From Takakia lepidozioides (lineage: Eukaryota > Plantae > Bryophyta): a DNA stretch of 64,000 nucleotides. Both the position numbers and the translations under genes were made by a program. Under the pieces are notes generated by a model, which had not been told where the DNA came from, did no database searches, and saw only the letters and a list, made by a program, of their open reading frames with translations. The DNA is taken from NCBI GenBank assembly GCA_030704615.1, contig CM060732.1:67766001-67830000 (forward strand), given 5' to 3'. Below are positions 22,801 through 35,959 of this stretch, piece after piece (positions within the stretch are counted from its first letter, which is position 1; each line of letters begins with the position of its first letter).

Positions 22801-23250
22801 AAGACCGCGTGCAGGACAAGGTATGGTTCATATGAGTTCTTGGTGATGCCTTTGGGCTCACTAATGCACCAGAACATTAGCACGCTGTGAACAGCCTTTT
22901 CCAGGAGTGGTTGGATGACTTTGTGATCGTGTACATCGACTACATCTTGGTGTACTCGAAAACAAAGGAAGAGCACCTGGAGCACCTCAAAAGGGTGTTC
23001 CCAAAAATTGCCGAGAGGGAAGCTGTAGGCAAAGCTTCAAAGTGCGAATTCGGGGTCACAAAGTGGAGTTCTTGGGGCATGTGATCAGGATGGGATCAAA
23101 ATGGATGACAGAAAAGGTGAGGGCGATCTGGACAAGAAAAAAAGACGAAAAGAAAGGATGGAGCCTCCGACTTCGGTCCCGGGAGTGCGATCATTCCTAG
23201 GACTCGCCTCCGATTACCGGTATGTGAGAAATTTCGCCAAAGATCGCGGG
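19852..23250 (+). mobile_element. Ty3/gypsy element family C (chromovirus-like RT), truncated by the assembly gap
   Basis: LTR 19852-20601 with TGTCGCG...CGCGACA ends; PBS TGGTATCAGAGC at 20604-20615; gag, PR (LVDTGASH), RT ([41 protein letters not shown]); many frameshifts. Confidence 0.9.
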
Positions 23251-23750
23251 NNNNNNNNNNNNNNNNNNNNNNNNNNNNNNNNNNNNNNNNNNNNNNNNNN
23301 NNNNNNNNNNNNNNNNNNNNNNNNNNNNNNNNNNNNNNNNNNNNNNNNNNNNNNNNNNNNNNNNNNNNNNNNNNNNNNNNNNNNNNNNNNNNNNNNNNNN
23401 NNNNNNNNNNNNNNNNNNNNNNNNNNNNNNNNNNNNNNNNNNNNNNNNNNNNNNNNNNNNNNNNNNNNNNNNNNNNNNNNNNNNNNNNNNNNNNNNNNNN
23501 NNNNNNNNNNNNNNNNNNNNNNNNNNNNNNNNNNNNNNNNNNNNNNNNNNNNNNNNNNNNNNNNNNNNNNNNNNNNNNNNNNNNNNNNNNNNNNNNNNNN
23601 NNNNNNNNNNNNNNNNNNNNNNNNNNNNNNNNNNNNNNNNNNNNNNNNNNNNNNNNNNNNNNNNNNNNNNNNNNNNNNNNNNNNNNNNNNNNNNNNNNNN
23701 NNNNNNNNNNNNNNNNNNNNNNNNNNNNNNNNNNNNNNNNNNNNNNNNNN
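23251..23750. other. Assembly gap (500 N)
   Basis: Run of N; adjacency across the gap is unverified. Confidence 1.
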
Positions 23751-24011
23751 ATTCCCCCTCATCCCCCTAATCCTCCGAGCTCTGTGATGCATCAGTTCCA
23801 CTATGCCTCTCAAAAAAAATCCAGTCCTCTCCTTGGGGGCTGTACCCTCACCTCCTGGATCTCTGCGTCTTCTCCCCACTTCCTCAGCAGAATCCAACCA
23901 AAATATACGAGCCCGACGGGCTCTAATAGCTGCTGCCTCCTCCCTGATTTCATTTTCTTGAGGCTTGCCAGTCTAAAATCTGCTGTACACGACTACGTTC
24001 GGAACACCTCC

Positions 24012-27000
24012 TAATGGACACCGAAGCAAGCCGGGCAGCATAAGTAGGAAGGATGTACTCCTTCTGGACTAGGCATGAAATCCCCCTGCCAAAAAAAGGC
24101 ACGTTCCTCATGCCCATGAACTCCGGTGTAGACGTCCTCCGGCAGTACTTGGCATTCTACAGTAAGAACAAATCCACTTGAAGAATGTCAATACCAGCAC
24201 AACCAGAAAGGGTTTTCAATGAAATAAGAGAGCGGAGGGAGGTGCCTCACAAAATCTGGAGGCAACTTACAAGCACCACTCACTCGTAAACCGGGGGCTC
24301 CTCGGCCTCGATCCCAACTTCCTCCCCCTGCTCCTTCTCGGATTTTTCCTCATCCTCCGAGGATGCCTCTTCCTCTTTCGGCAGACGTTCAGCCGCTGCA
24401 AGTTCCGAGTTGTGGAGGGCAGTATCTGGCTCGAAGGCGAACACATGCCTGTCGGACAACGTCCCTGCCCACATTGAAGCACCTGAGGAACAAGCGGGCG
24501 GTTAATAGCTTGCGGCATGCAATTGCAAGGGGCCAGGGACAAACTGAGCACGTGAAGGCTTACCCGTGCCGCATGTGAGGTCCAGAATCCGCCCTTGGAC
24601 ATCCGAGCACGTCTCCATGAGGGTTGGATGAAAGCAGGGCTCGGGTCCGGCTGTACCGCCACGGTTTGCCTGTCTTTGTGTCCTTCGGCATACTAGAGTG
24701 GGGCACATAGTTGTAGAGGACATCGTAGGTTACAGGGTCCACAGCGGCATCAACAAGACGACCGTCGTTGCGGAATTTGAACGTAGACCCTCTCTTCACA
24801 AAGCAATATGCCTCAAACACCAATGTCTGCACATCCAACAAAGAAGGGATCAATTCCAGGTCTACTTAACATACACCACAATATGAAGTGAATGCAATAG
24901 ATGATAACTTACACTTTGGCCCTCTGTTCGCAAACCCTGCGTACTGATGCAGAACCATTTTCTGAGGAGAGGACGGGGTGACACTTTTCGGTGTCCACCT
25001 TGCCACCGCATTCTCTGTGGTCTTCCCTCTCGTGGCAAGGACAACCACACATCCACCGTCATCCAGAAGCATCCCGCCAGCCCAAACCCGGCTTTCCAGT
25101 AGTCCCAGTAAACCTGTTCCAGGTGGGCACACCATCCAGGCCCTCCAGCAGCTCCCCATCTGGAATGTCGAGGAGAATCATGTCGCAAGCTCTCTCCACC
25201 TCAACCCCCCCCCGAGTGCTCTTGCAATTCGTGCTCACAGCCGTGAAGAATTCCATCATGGCTTCAAAACCAGGGGGTGTCTTTAGGCTCTGTACCGGCA
25301 GCCCTCTTCTTGGCTTTCCCCTTCTGCTCCGCCAGAGACTTGTTGTGTGCCACCTTCTTCGCCCTGGCAGCGAGAGCGTCAAGGAAGCTCTCATTGACGC
25401 ATTGGATGATGGTTGGAGGTTCTAGCTTTGGCCTGTGCGTAAACGTCACCGCCGAATACCGCCGTGTAGGCTCGCCCTCAAATGCCAACTTCTTGGCAGA
25501 GCCAGTCCCACTCCGAACTGACTTGGGAACCCGGACGACCGGTGACTGGGTAGGAGCAACAGCAGTCGCAGGACCTTGAACAAAATCGGCGTCGGAGTCA
25601 CTCTCTGGGTCCCCTCCTGCGCCTCCTCCGATGCCCCGATGGTTTTCTTCTTTTGGGTGTTACTGCAGTCACCTGTTTCCTTGTCCTTTTCCTTTGACCT
25701 TTACTCTTCTCATGCAATTTCTCCTGAATTCCTGCCTGAGCAAGCTCTGCCGCTTTCCTGGAGTTCGCAAGCGCTTTTGCCTCTTTTGCACCCAACGGAG
25801 GCAGCGGAGCCGGTTTCGTCGGAATTCAGCATCCAGCTTCAATTGAAACTCGGATGGGTCGAGCGAGCCGGGCGGAAGGTCCACATACCAAGGCAATCAC
25901 GCAAATGTTCCAGATGCCACTCCTTCACAATATCGTCAGTGTACATGGAGTCAGCCCCAGGGTTCCTCCATGCCAGGAAGAATGGTGGCTCGAAAGACAG
26001 ATGACCTTTCTCCAAAAGCGAGAACTTACAGTACCTGCATTCATGAAAAAACACAATGAGGTCCGAAAATGGCTAAGTCCCTGAACGGCAATAGGGCCTA
26101 CAACTGGAATATGGCGCCGAATTTCCACTTCAGGGCCACCCAGTCTAGGGACTTAGCCCGAAAATGCTAAGTCCCTGGACGGCAATAGGGCCTGGAACTG
26201 GAAAACGGCGCCGAATTTCCAGTTCCGGGCCAGCCACCCTAGGGACTTAGACCGAAAATGGCTAAGTCCCTGGACGGCAATAGGGCCTAGAACTGGAAAA
26301 CGGCGCCGAATTTCCAGTTCCGGGCCAGCCACCCTAGGGACTTAGACCGAAAATGGCTAAGTACCTGGACGGCAATAGGCCTGGAACTGGAATATGGCGC
26401 CGAATTTCCACTTCAGGGCCAGCCAGTCTAGGGACTTAGCCCGAAAATGGCTAAGTCCCTGGACGGCAATAGGGCCTAGAACTGGAAAACGGCGCCGAAT
26501 TTCCAGTTCCGGCCAGCCACCCTAGGGACTTAGCCCGAAAATGGCTAAGTCCCTGGACGGCAATAGGGCCTAGAACTGGAAAATGGCGCCGAATTTCCAT
26601 TCCGGGCCAGCCACACTAGGGACTTAGGCCGAAAATGGCTAAGTCCCTGAACGGCAATAGGGCCTGGAACTGGAAAATGGCGCCGAATTTCCAGTTCCGG
26701 GCCAGCCAGTCTAGGGACTTAGCCATTTTCGGAGCCCTGACTGGAAATTCGGCGCCATTTTCCCTAACACCACTTGAGGCCTCTAACATCCTGAAATGCC
26801 AGGACTTGAAAGAAAGGCAGCGCGTATGTACCTGTACAGAAGGCGCATTGCTGCTTTGTCCGCGTTCGGCTGGTCGGTGAACTCGTGGCTCCGGCGAGCA
26901 TCTGCTATCTCCCGAAAGAATAGGTTGGTTTTGTAGAGCAGAAAGTACCTCGTCACATAGTCACGTAGGCTCTCTGCTGCAGGAGATATCTCCATCTTGA

Positions 27001-29207
27001 ACTGATGTGCTTGTGTGTCCAGCTGCTCTTGCGCATTCGTCGTCACCTGTGGAGATTGTCCATCAGATCGCTTTCCTCAAAAAATACAATGAATCCACCC
27101 CCTACTAGAGTAGAAGCCCCAAACGAAGCGTGGGGAAGTACCTGAAACCACCATGTCATGCGGTTCATCCACATGTCGAATGTGGGGTCAGAGAGTTTGT
27201 CCGGTTTGGGGAAGCTCCACATGTCCCTGGTACTTTGGGAACCATTCCAGATTTGGAGCCACCGGGTCTGTCCAACCACCCAGCATATTCGTAAGCGCCA
27301 AACACCACAAAAAGGAGTTGTTGCCACCACAATTTGGTTAAGAATGTATCACCTTTTCTGTTGCATCCACACAGGATGTGGCTAGACGATGGAGCTTCTC
27401 CAATGTCATCGTGGGCTTCAGAGCGCGAGAGTAGTGCTTCCCCACCTCCACCAGAAAGTCGGCACCAAGGGCGGGATCAGCTATGGCCACGTACTTTACC
27501 ATCCGCGACTTGTACTTTATGCGGGCCCTCACCTCCGCAGCTTTGACATACGATTCGAGTTCCGGGAGGGTTGGATTCTTCTCCTCTGACTCCATGTAGA
27601 ACCTCCGCGCATGTGCCAAATCCTGCTGTATTTTCGTCTGTCGAAAAGGCGCACATAAGATTAGAGATCCTGCTCAACACAATTTCTTCTATTGGGGGAG
27701 GAGAGACAAATTAGCTCAACAAAACTGTCAGGAGCTTTACCCGAAATATGTAGTCCACCATGGCGTCGACGCTCAGCCTATACCAGGTTCTGTCTGCCTT
27801 TGCCTCCGACTTGCGCAGGAGGTCGGCACTGAGGGAATTGGCAAACTCTTGCACCCCCTGCTTCCCGACATCCTTCACTCGGAAGAGCATATGGGACAAG
27901 TTGGTGGCAATGAAGGCATTCTCAGTCACCCTGCAGTGCCACATTTCCATCAAACAATACTGAAATGGGAATTTTCATCATATATGAGGATTCGCAATGA
28001 AATGACTTCCAAATTCAAAGTCCAAAAGCGAGAGGGGTTGTAGCTTACGAGTTGATGTCGGCCATTGCAGCTTTGAGAAGACTGCGATCTTTGGGCCCCG
28101 CAACCTTCAGCACAACACAATCGACGGCGAAATGCCAATCGAGATCGTTGGGGTGGGCTTGGGCAATGTGCTCCATCCATGCCAGGAGGCGATGATTGCC
28201 GTCCCACACGTAGAACATCTTACCGGACATGTGCTGGAAAAGAGGATCACTAGCAATCGATCTCTCGAACTCCTCATTTCGCGTTTGCCAATGGGGACCC
28301 CATTTGTCCACCTCATCGGAAGTGTGGGCACGGGAAGCTCCGTGGTCGTTCTCAATGGAAACGTAAAAGGCGGCAGACCCCATTCGATATCCATCCCGGA
28401 AAGAGAATTTCAGCTTGTCGATATCGCCTGGGAGGGCAGGTCTCACCACCTGCAATGACACCAAGCGGCAAAGGGGAATTCGAAGCTTGGCCGGGTACAC
28501 CATGCCCCCCAGCACCCTGCCAATGTTGCTGTGGGTTGCCTCCAACATCTTGGCAGCGGCCAACTTCATATCCGCCTCAGACATGACGTCTGCTGCAGAG
28601 GGGTTTTCCGGCAGCCCACCAGGACCGCCAAATCCAGCCTGTATGCTCCGGGTTTGGGGCCTGGGGATGTCCGGGAGGATGTCATCCTGGTCAGAAACCT
28701 CCATGTCGTCCTCCTCAACAGGGTCAGCCACCTGCGAAACCACCTCCAGCACTCTCGTCGTCTCTACTGCCCTCTCCCTGGCTTCACCTCGAACTTGCAC
28801 AATCCGTGCTCTTTCAGGTGTTCTTTCCTCTCCTCCACTCTCCACCGTATGGGTAATTGCGGGGGCTGCTCTTGCCCGCGATGGTCTAACCGGTGTGCTA
28901 CTGCCTCTCTGTGGTGTCTTGTAGGGATCCACCGTCTCTGTGGGTCCCTCGCTTACATTGGCATCTGTCATTTGGGCACCCCTGGCCTCTTCAGCTGCCT
29001 TTTGTCTTTCCTCCTGGCTAGCATTCTGTCTCGTCTGTTCTTTTGCCCCTCTTTTGCCCTCTCACGGGCTTTCTGTTTCTTACTAGGGCTAGCAGCAGGG
29101 GAGCCCTCCAGGACGACCACCTTTGATTGAGGCGAACTGACACCCTCGCGCGCACTGCTCACTCCCCCCTCCGCAGCCCGTGACTGCTCTCTCGCCGGGG
29201 ATTGCAT
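24012..29207 (-). pseudogene. Multi-exon cargo gene: ParB/Srx-like domain, helical region and beta-class amino (N4C/N6A-type) DNA methyltransferase-like domain; frameshifted
   Basis: FYVWDGNHRLLAW (DGNHR at 28189-28203); DMILLDIPDG (25155-25184); LLDDGGCVVV (about 25040-25070); RILDLTCGTG|ASMWAGTLSDRHVFAFEPD restored by GT-AG intron 24483-24563. Other in-phase introns at 27931-28048, about 27623-27740 and 26035-26831. Confidence 0.7.
26065..26760. repeat. Intronic tandem array, 7 units of 94-95 bp
   Basis: Units start GAAAATG(G)CTAAGT at 26065, 26160, 26254, 26349, 26443, 26537 and 26631; each carries GGCGCCGAATTTCC and the inverted pair CTAAGTCCCT/AGGGACTTAG. Confidence 0.95.
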
Positions 29208-30219
29208 GTGCTTAGCTTTCTTCTTTTTCTTTGCGTGGGCGGGCCTACTGCATGTGCATGAACAACCTCCATTGCCGGATCTGTTGTCCTCATGTCCTCA
29301 CGCCCTCACCTGCCATGCCGCCTGTCACCAACCTCCCCAATGCCTACTCTGTCGTAATCTCGTTGCAAGTCCTCCCGTCCACCAACAAAAGGTTTAAGTT
29401 TGCCCTCTCGACCCCAAGTTGGGCGATTCAAACATGCGATGAGTTGGAGCTGTCGATGATACCACCAGCGTGCCGGGCTCGTCGTCACTCTGTTCATTGA
29501 CAAAAAATCGTGAAAACCAACATCGGTGCAAAAAGCAGCATCGCAACGAGCAGCGCAACCACCATAGCAACAATCATGTAGCAAAAATGAAACATAACAA
29601 GTTTAGGAAGTATGGAGAGCCATGCAACAACAATGAAAACAAATGCAACCATTGCCTAAGAATTACATGCACAAGCAGCCTTCTCCAGAGCTGCCGGATT
29701 TGCCCACGCTTGCAAAATCTAAGTTCACTCAACTATCTAAAGTTCACTCATACAGCAAAGCCAGGATGAAGATGCAAAAACAAAGCGAAAGCAAAAAATA
29801 AATCGAACAAACCGAAAGCAGAAGTGGCTTGCCTGAGAGTACTACTCTTCAGTTGGCGCAGGTTGTGAGCAAGACACTGGAATCTCCTGCTGGAGCTTCA
29901 GTTTTGCCATGCGAGAGATTGGCCGTCGTCCGTAGTACAGAGCTTTCAACTTCCGCCGCGGTCTGGATGTGAGGTCTCTCTCAGGAGAGCCACGCCCTTC
30001 AGGCGACATAAGTCCCAGCCAAAGAGATCTCCTTTTTTGGGGTACATGCCTGGAATACCATGTAAGCCAAGTTTTTGCATGAGATTTAGGGTACGTGGAC
30101 AGGAAGCCATGCGTCGCCACCCAAATAATAACCGACGGCCGTCGACATTTATTGCCCAACTGCGCAATTAAATGTCGGATGAATCCCTCCATGTCGGATG
30201 AAAATCGACGTAAACAGTC

Positions 30220-31930
30220 CCGGAATTTCCAACGTAGAGGTAATTCGGAGCGCTGCACGATGGAATTCCGGCGCCGGATTTCCATCCTGCAGGTAATTCG
30301 GAGCGCAGCAGGATGGATATCCGGCGCCGAATTTCCATCCGCGAGAGGAAGGGCGGCGCTGGAAATTTCCCTCATGCAGGTAATTCGGAAGCGCGCGGAT
30401 GGAAATCCGGCGCCGAATTTTCCATCCGCGCAGGTAGGGCGGCGGTGGAAATTTCCCTTCATGCAGGTATTTCGGAAGCGCGCGGATGGAAATCCGGCGC
30501 CGAATTTCCATCCGCGCGGTATGGGCGGTGCGCCAAATTTCCCTCAAGCAGGAAATTCGGCGCCGAATTTCCCTCCTGCAGGTAATTCGGATCCCGGATG
30601 AATGGAAATTCGGCGCCGAATTTCCATCCAGCAGGTAATTCGGATCCCGGATGAATGGAAATTCGGCGCCGAATTTCCATCCAGCAGGTAATCCAATACC
30701 GGATGAATGGAAATTCGGCGCCGAATTTCCATCCAGCAGGTAATTCCAATACCGGATGAATGGAAATTCGGCGCCGAATTTCCATCCAGCAGGTAAGTCG
30801 AATCGGTGCCAAATGGATATTCGGCGCCGAATTTCCATTCGCCATGTATTTCTGAGCGTGGAATTACCTTCGTGCAGGTAATTCCCAGATGAGAATTACC
30901 TTCGTGCAGGTAATTTCCAGATGAGAATTACCTTCGTGCAGGTAATGTGGACGAAGAATTCACATCGACTGGAATTACCTGCAGGAAGGTAATTCTCATC
31001 TGGAAATTACCTGCACGAAGGTAATTCCACGCTCAGAAATACATGGCGAATGGAAATTCGGCGCCGAATATCCATACGGCACCCATCCGACTTACCTGCT
31101 GGATGGGAATTCGGCGCCGAATTTCCATTTATGCGGGATTCGGCTTACGTGCTTGATGGAAATTCGGCGCCGAATTTCCATTCATCCGGTATTCGAATTA
31201 CCTGCAGGATGGAAATTCGGCGCTGAATTTCCATCCACCCGAGATTCCACTTACCTGCTGGACGGAAATTCGGCGCCGAATCTCCATCCATCCGGGATTC
31301 CACTTACCTGTTGGATGGAAATTCGGCGCCGAATCTCCATCCATCCGGATTCCACCTACCTGCTGGATGGAAATTCGGCGCCGAATTTCCATCCATCCGG
31401 GATTCCACTTACCCGCAGGATGCAAATTCGGCGCCGTTTTCCCATCTGTGGAAGTTTTTATGTCGGCCAGTTTTCGGTCTGACCCCCCGACAAGACTTCC
31501 TTTGGGGGGGGCCCGGATGGAAATTCGGCGCCGAATCTCCGTCCATGGGATGTTCTCTGTCGCACACTCGCCGGCCTCTGCGCCCAAGGCGACTTCATCC
31601 GGGCGTCCCCTGTTCGATATTCGGTGCCGAATTTCCGTCCGGGGGTTGAAATGTGACGGCCAACTGCAGGCCACTCCCCCCTCCCCGACTGCATCCGAAC
31701 CGCCCCGGATGGAAATTCGGCGCCGTTTTTCCATCTGGGGATGTTTTTATGCCGTCCAGTTTTCGGCCTGACCCCCCGACACGACTCCCTTTGGGGGCCC
31801 GGATGGAAATTCGGCGCCGAATCTCCATCCAGGGGATGTTCTCTGTCGCACACACTCCGGCCTCTGCGCCCGAGGCGACTTCATCCGGGCTTCCTCTGTT
31901 GGATATTGGGTGCCGAATTTCCATTCGGGG
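30220..31930. repeat. Mirror-symmetric array of palindromes (ATGGAAATTCGGCGCCGAATTTCCAT) between the two divergent genes
   Basis: More than 20 copies of the palindrome or close variants (perfect 32 bp at 31364-31395). Left units carry CAGCAGGTAA, right units TTACCTGCTG. 30817-30883 is the reverse complement of about 31005-31071; axis near 30950. Confidence 0.93.
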
Positions 31931-32227
31931 GTAGTAATGTGAGGGCACGGTGCCGGCTTCTCCCCTTCAGCCGTCATCATCCGGACGGCCCCCCACTTTC
32001 TGACTGCATACCGTTGGCAGTTATTGCGCAAAGACCAGGGGCCGCATTCCGGAGACAAGGTTCATTAACACTCTGACTGTGGATTTTTGAGATAGTTGGC
32101 TCCCTGGATTTGGATCAGGCTTCGTCGCTCGGACAAATCGGCATCGCATTCATTCCCATCGCTGCACCCCCTTCTACCAGGGAGCTTCCCCGCACGCCAT
32201 CCTGGCAGTCTTGTGTGCACATCTCCC

Positions 32228-35200
32228 ATGGCGGAAAACCCGAGCGCTACAGTGTACTGCCCTCCTCACGAGCATAGAGCTTCATTTCCGTGCAGAGGGG
32301 ACACCTGCCGGGTGATGGAGAAATATCTGTGCGTTCGATACCACCTGAAACCGGGGTCGGTTTTTTTGGAGGAGGAAAGGAAGGACTCAAACGGCCTTGT
32401 TGTCGAGAGTATTGTTGTGCTCCACGATGATTTCGGCGATGGCAGGGAATGGCGAGTTCCACCATCGGACAGCGTCATATACAGGGCTGTTGGGGACTTC
32501 ATTTGCCCGCCAAATGCACCGTCTATCCTGGCGCCTTCCGCGAATCAGAGAGTGGGTACCTCAAAGAGAGAAGTCCGCAACGAAGTAAATCCAGAGCCGA
32601 ACCCATCCATGAAGACGACCGAGAACCGGGTTGTTCACAACCTGTCCGACTCAGACGAGGTCATGGAAGTTCCGAGGTCGTCCTGGAGATCAGGACAAGT
32701 CCTCAATGGACGTCAGTGGAGGAGGGAGTCATATTCCCAGCACGAGCACCGCAGTTCGATCTATTCTAGAAATTCTGCGAGGGCTTCACCTGGAGGGACA
32801 CCGGTCGGAGCTGGCCGGGCTGGACTACAGCAAGTTCGCAATTAAATCGGTTACATGCCTTCCCGCCGACGTCGACGGTAATATCTTCTTTGAGTTCCCT
32901 CCTCGGGCGGACTACTCGAGGGCGTCCGGAATGTTGACAGATATGGATAGAAAACATGACGGTCATCCTTGGTGCGTTACCAAAACCACCAGCATGAAGA
33001 TGCTTGATGGTGTGCGGGTGCGCTACGTTGTTTGTGCGGGCGCGTTGCGGTGTTTCTCCCCAACTTGCTTCCACTTTAAATCCAGAGGTCACAGGAACGA
33101 GACCGATTGGACAGGCACAGCTCACCAACCATTTCGAGCTCAGGAGAAGGTTCCGAACTCCACATTTAAGTGTGCGCATTGCAAAGAACCACCACACTGC
33201 ATGTCTGTTTGTAATGCCAAGCAGTTCTATGTGTTGCACCGTTTCCCTGACCTCACCCGAGCTTGCATACACGTTGGTTCCCATTGTCACAAATTGGCGA
33301 GGGGGAACTCGCGGGAGGCTGCCCACGAAGCAGAGCAGCTCGTTCAGGAGGAGGTTAAGTTGAGACCGGGTGCCAAACCCAAACAGATACAGCTCCAAGC
33401 CGCCCATAAGATGGCATTGGCCAGAATTATGTCGGAAGACGGCTCCGATAGAGTTCCTCTCGACGAGAAGGAAATGGAGGCATTGCTGGAGTCGGTGTCC
33501 CACGTATGTTCACCGAATGTCCGAAACCACATTGTCTCATGCAAACAGAAAATTGGGCGTGGCTCGGATATGCACTCCATTCTGGAGGTGAAGCGACGAT
33601 GTGGATATGACTACATTCATGGAAGTAGGTTTCCAGGACAAGGGACTGAGGCAGATCGTTGTTTCGTATTCAAAATGTCCACGTGTGGACCTGCAGTGGC
33701 GTCGAACTGGTCGACAGGATGACGAGTGGGAACTTGTCAAACAGTTGGGTCATGTTCGACCATATCAAGCGAATTACAAATCACCAGTGGGTGACAATGG
33801 GTGCACATGTCTACGACACCCACTGCAGGATGCTAATGACAATTGCTATTTGTGAGATGAAAGGAGAGGACACACAATCGGAGATGCTTCTTTGGCAGGG
33901 AATAAACGAACAGATGGCCAAGGCGGGATTGCCCCCTCCCAATTTCCGTGGTTTCATGGCGGACAACGCACAAGCAAATTGGGCTGCCATCCGAAGGGTG
34001 TACGGGCAAGACCCCAATGTTCCCATGGAAGGCAAGGAGAGATCTTGTGGGTTCCATTTTCTGCAGAGCCTTTCGCAGTACACAACCAGGCTCGTGGCGC
34101 CAGATTTCAGAGAGGAGCACCGTTCCATGTGCCTTGCGTGGAAGCGCGCTCCCACCTTGGATGATGCAGAGACACAATTTGCATGCATACGGGCTTGGTG
34201 GACATCGTCAGGTGCTGTAAGAAATCAGACGAAGGAGCAATGGTCAGTTGGCTAGCATGGTGGCATTATCGTTTCCTCCAGTTCGGCGACTATATGCGGG
34301 AGGTGAGTTGCACGAATTCGCGTCCCGTTGGATATTATTCTTGGCCATATTTGTAACTTGCTTGTAACCTGAACATGTGCTTGTGCAGGAAATGTGTCTC
34401 GACTCCGACACCGACATGCCCACGACAAACATGGCCGAATCAGTGCACTCTTCCTGGCGTGCCTCCTCTGCGGCGCATCTGGTGGACATCCTCACTGCCA
34501 CAACGGAGGACATTGTGAGGTCAATTATGCAGCAATGCAGGTACAACGAGTTCTTGAAAGGGAAACAGTGGGGCTTGGGGCCGGACAGGCAGGAAATGCT
34601 GATGCGGACTGCCTCCAGATCGAAGAATCCTCGGAAGTGGGCGGCGGCCTTGCGAGAGGGCCTTCGGGACACGCCATTGCTGCGAAGAGGCCAACATTTG
34701 GAAGGAGATGTTCATACCCGTCCAGTGAGACGAAGACTTGACGAGGCACCTGGCGGAGAAGAGGATTCATGGCGAGCTGACAAGAATATTCGCACGCTCC
34801 CTCGTGGTCCGGTGATGTTGTCCGAGGAGGTCTCGTCGAGCACCGGAAGTCCTGCACGTTCAAGATCGCCATCTCCTTTGAGCACAGGGCGCGTGCCCCG
34901 GCAACATAACGAGCCATCTGTAGTAAAGCAATACAACATTCCCATTGTGGAGACAAGAGTGTCGGAGTCACAGTGGAGAATTGCGAGGACATTGCCGGCA
35001 TTTCGAGGGAAGTGTTGCGCCATCCGGGTGGATACGAGAGCACGCTGTGGTGAGATGATTCGGAGGAACCCACACGGTGCTGTACCTGCACCTTGTTTCA
35101 GCGGCAGATTTTTGACTCCCACATTTGCTCACGCCACAACGCAGACATTTTGGTTCTGTAGGCACGACATAATGACCTGTGTATTTGGCAAGCCCAAGTA

Positions 35201-35807
35201 CGGGATTCAGGGAATGCCGGAGCCTCCGGGCGTCTGGCCTGTTGCACCGGGTTGCAGCCTCTCTCAGAATGAGGCGGATGCTCTATCTGCAGCAGGATTT
35301 CGAATGGTGCAACGCACAGACATCCCGGCCCACGCATTTCCGGTTCCTCAGACCCAGCCATTGCAGACTGCTCGGTCCAGTAGAGACGGATTGGACAATT
35401 CTGCACATCCCACAATGCGATTCGGAAGAGTGAAGAGACGACACCCTCTCAACAAGTTGAATGAGACTCGGATTGCCAATGCTCTTGGGATGGCTTGCAC
35501 TATTCAGAGCTCCGTGGACGTACCCCCACCCGGCCTTGGGCGTGTGTATCGGATGGCAACGGCCGGCTCGGCTGTACGCGACGATGTATACACAATTACG
35601 ATTGGAGTGGAGCCGACTTGCAACTGTACGGACTTCTCGTTGATGGAAGCAAAGAAGGGTTCGAAGTATTATCCGTGCAAGCATCTGTATTACATTTACC
35701 TGAAGAGGTTGAGGATGAACGTGACTATTGATGACTTTATTCATGCACCGGTGTTGAGCGTGAACGAGCTGCACAAACTCCTCCTTAGGGATTCCAGAAA
35801 TCATTGA
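32228..35807 (+). pseudogene. MULE-type DDE transposase with N-terminal Cys/His-rich (GCM/WRKY-like) region and C-terminal SWIM finger; frameshifted
   Basis: DGHPW...CAGALRC...C cluster; WVMFDH, FMADNA, CGFHF, WLAWW, TTNMAES; SWIM CNCTDF...CKH; in-phase intron 34303-34388. Confidence 0.8.
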
Positions 35808-35959
35808 TGGGGCAAACGGAATCCTCCATATGGATATTTTCAAATGCATTTTGCTGTATGAGACTTTTTTTTTGCAGTGTAATGAAATGCACCCCAAAAC
35901 TCCTGGAATGAGGCAATATTCCATTCAAACTGAGATCCAACAGAAGCAGTTGTGGGGCC

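Noticed and set aside
23101-23897. ORFs of about 228 aa spanning the gap
   Set aside because: Artefacts of the N run.
30220-31930. CRISPR-like look of regularly spaced palindromes (also 26065-26760)
   Set aside because: The intervening sequences are themselves repeats, not unique spacers; no cas genes; eukaryotic intron-containing context.
29842-32076. Many overlapping ORFs (MEIRRRISI..., DGNSAPNF...)
   Set aside because: Translations of the palindromic array in all frames.
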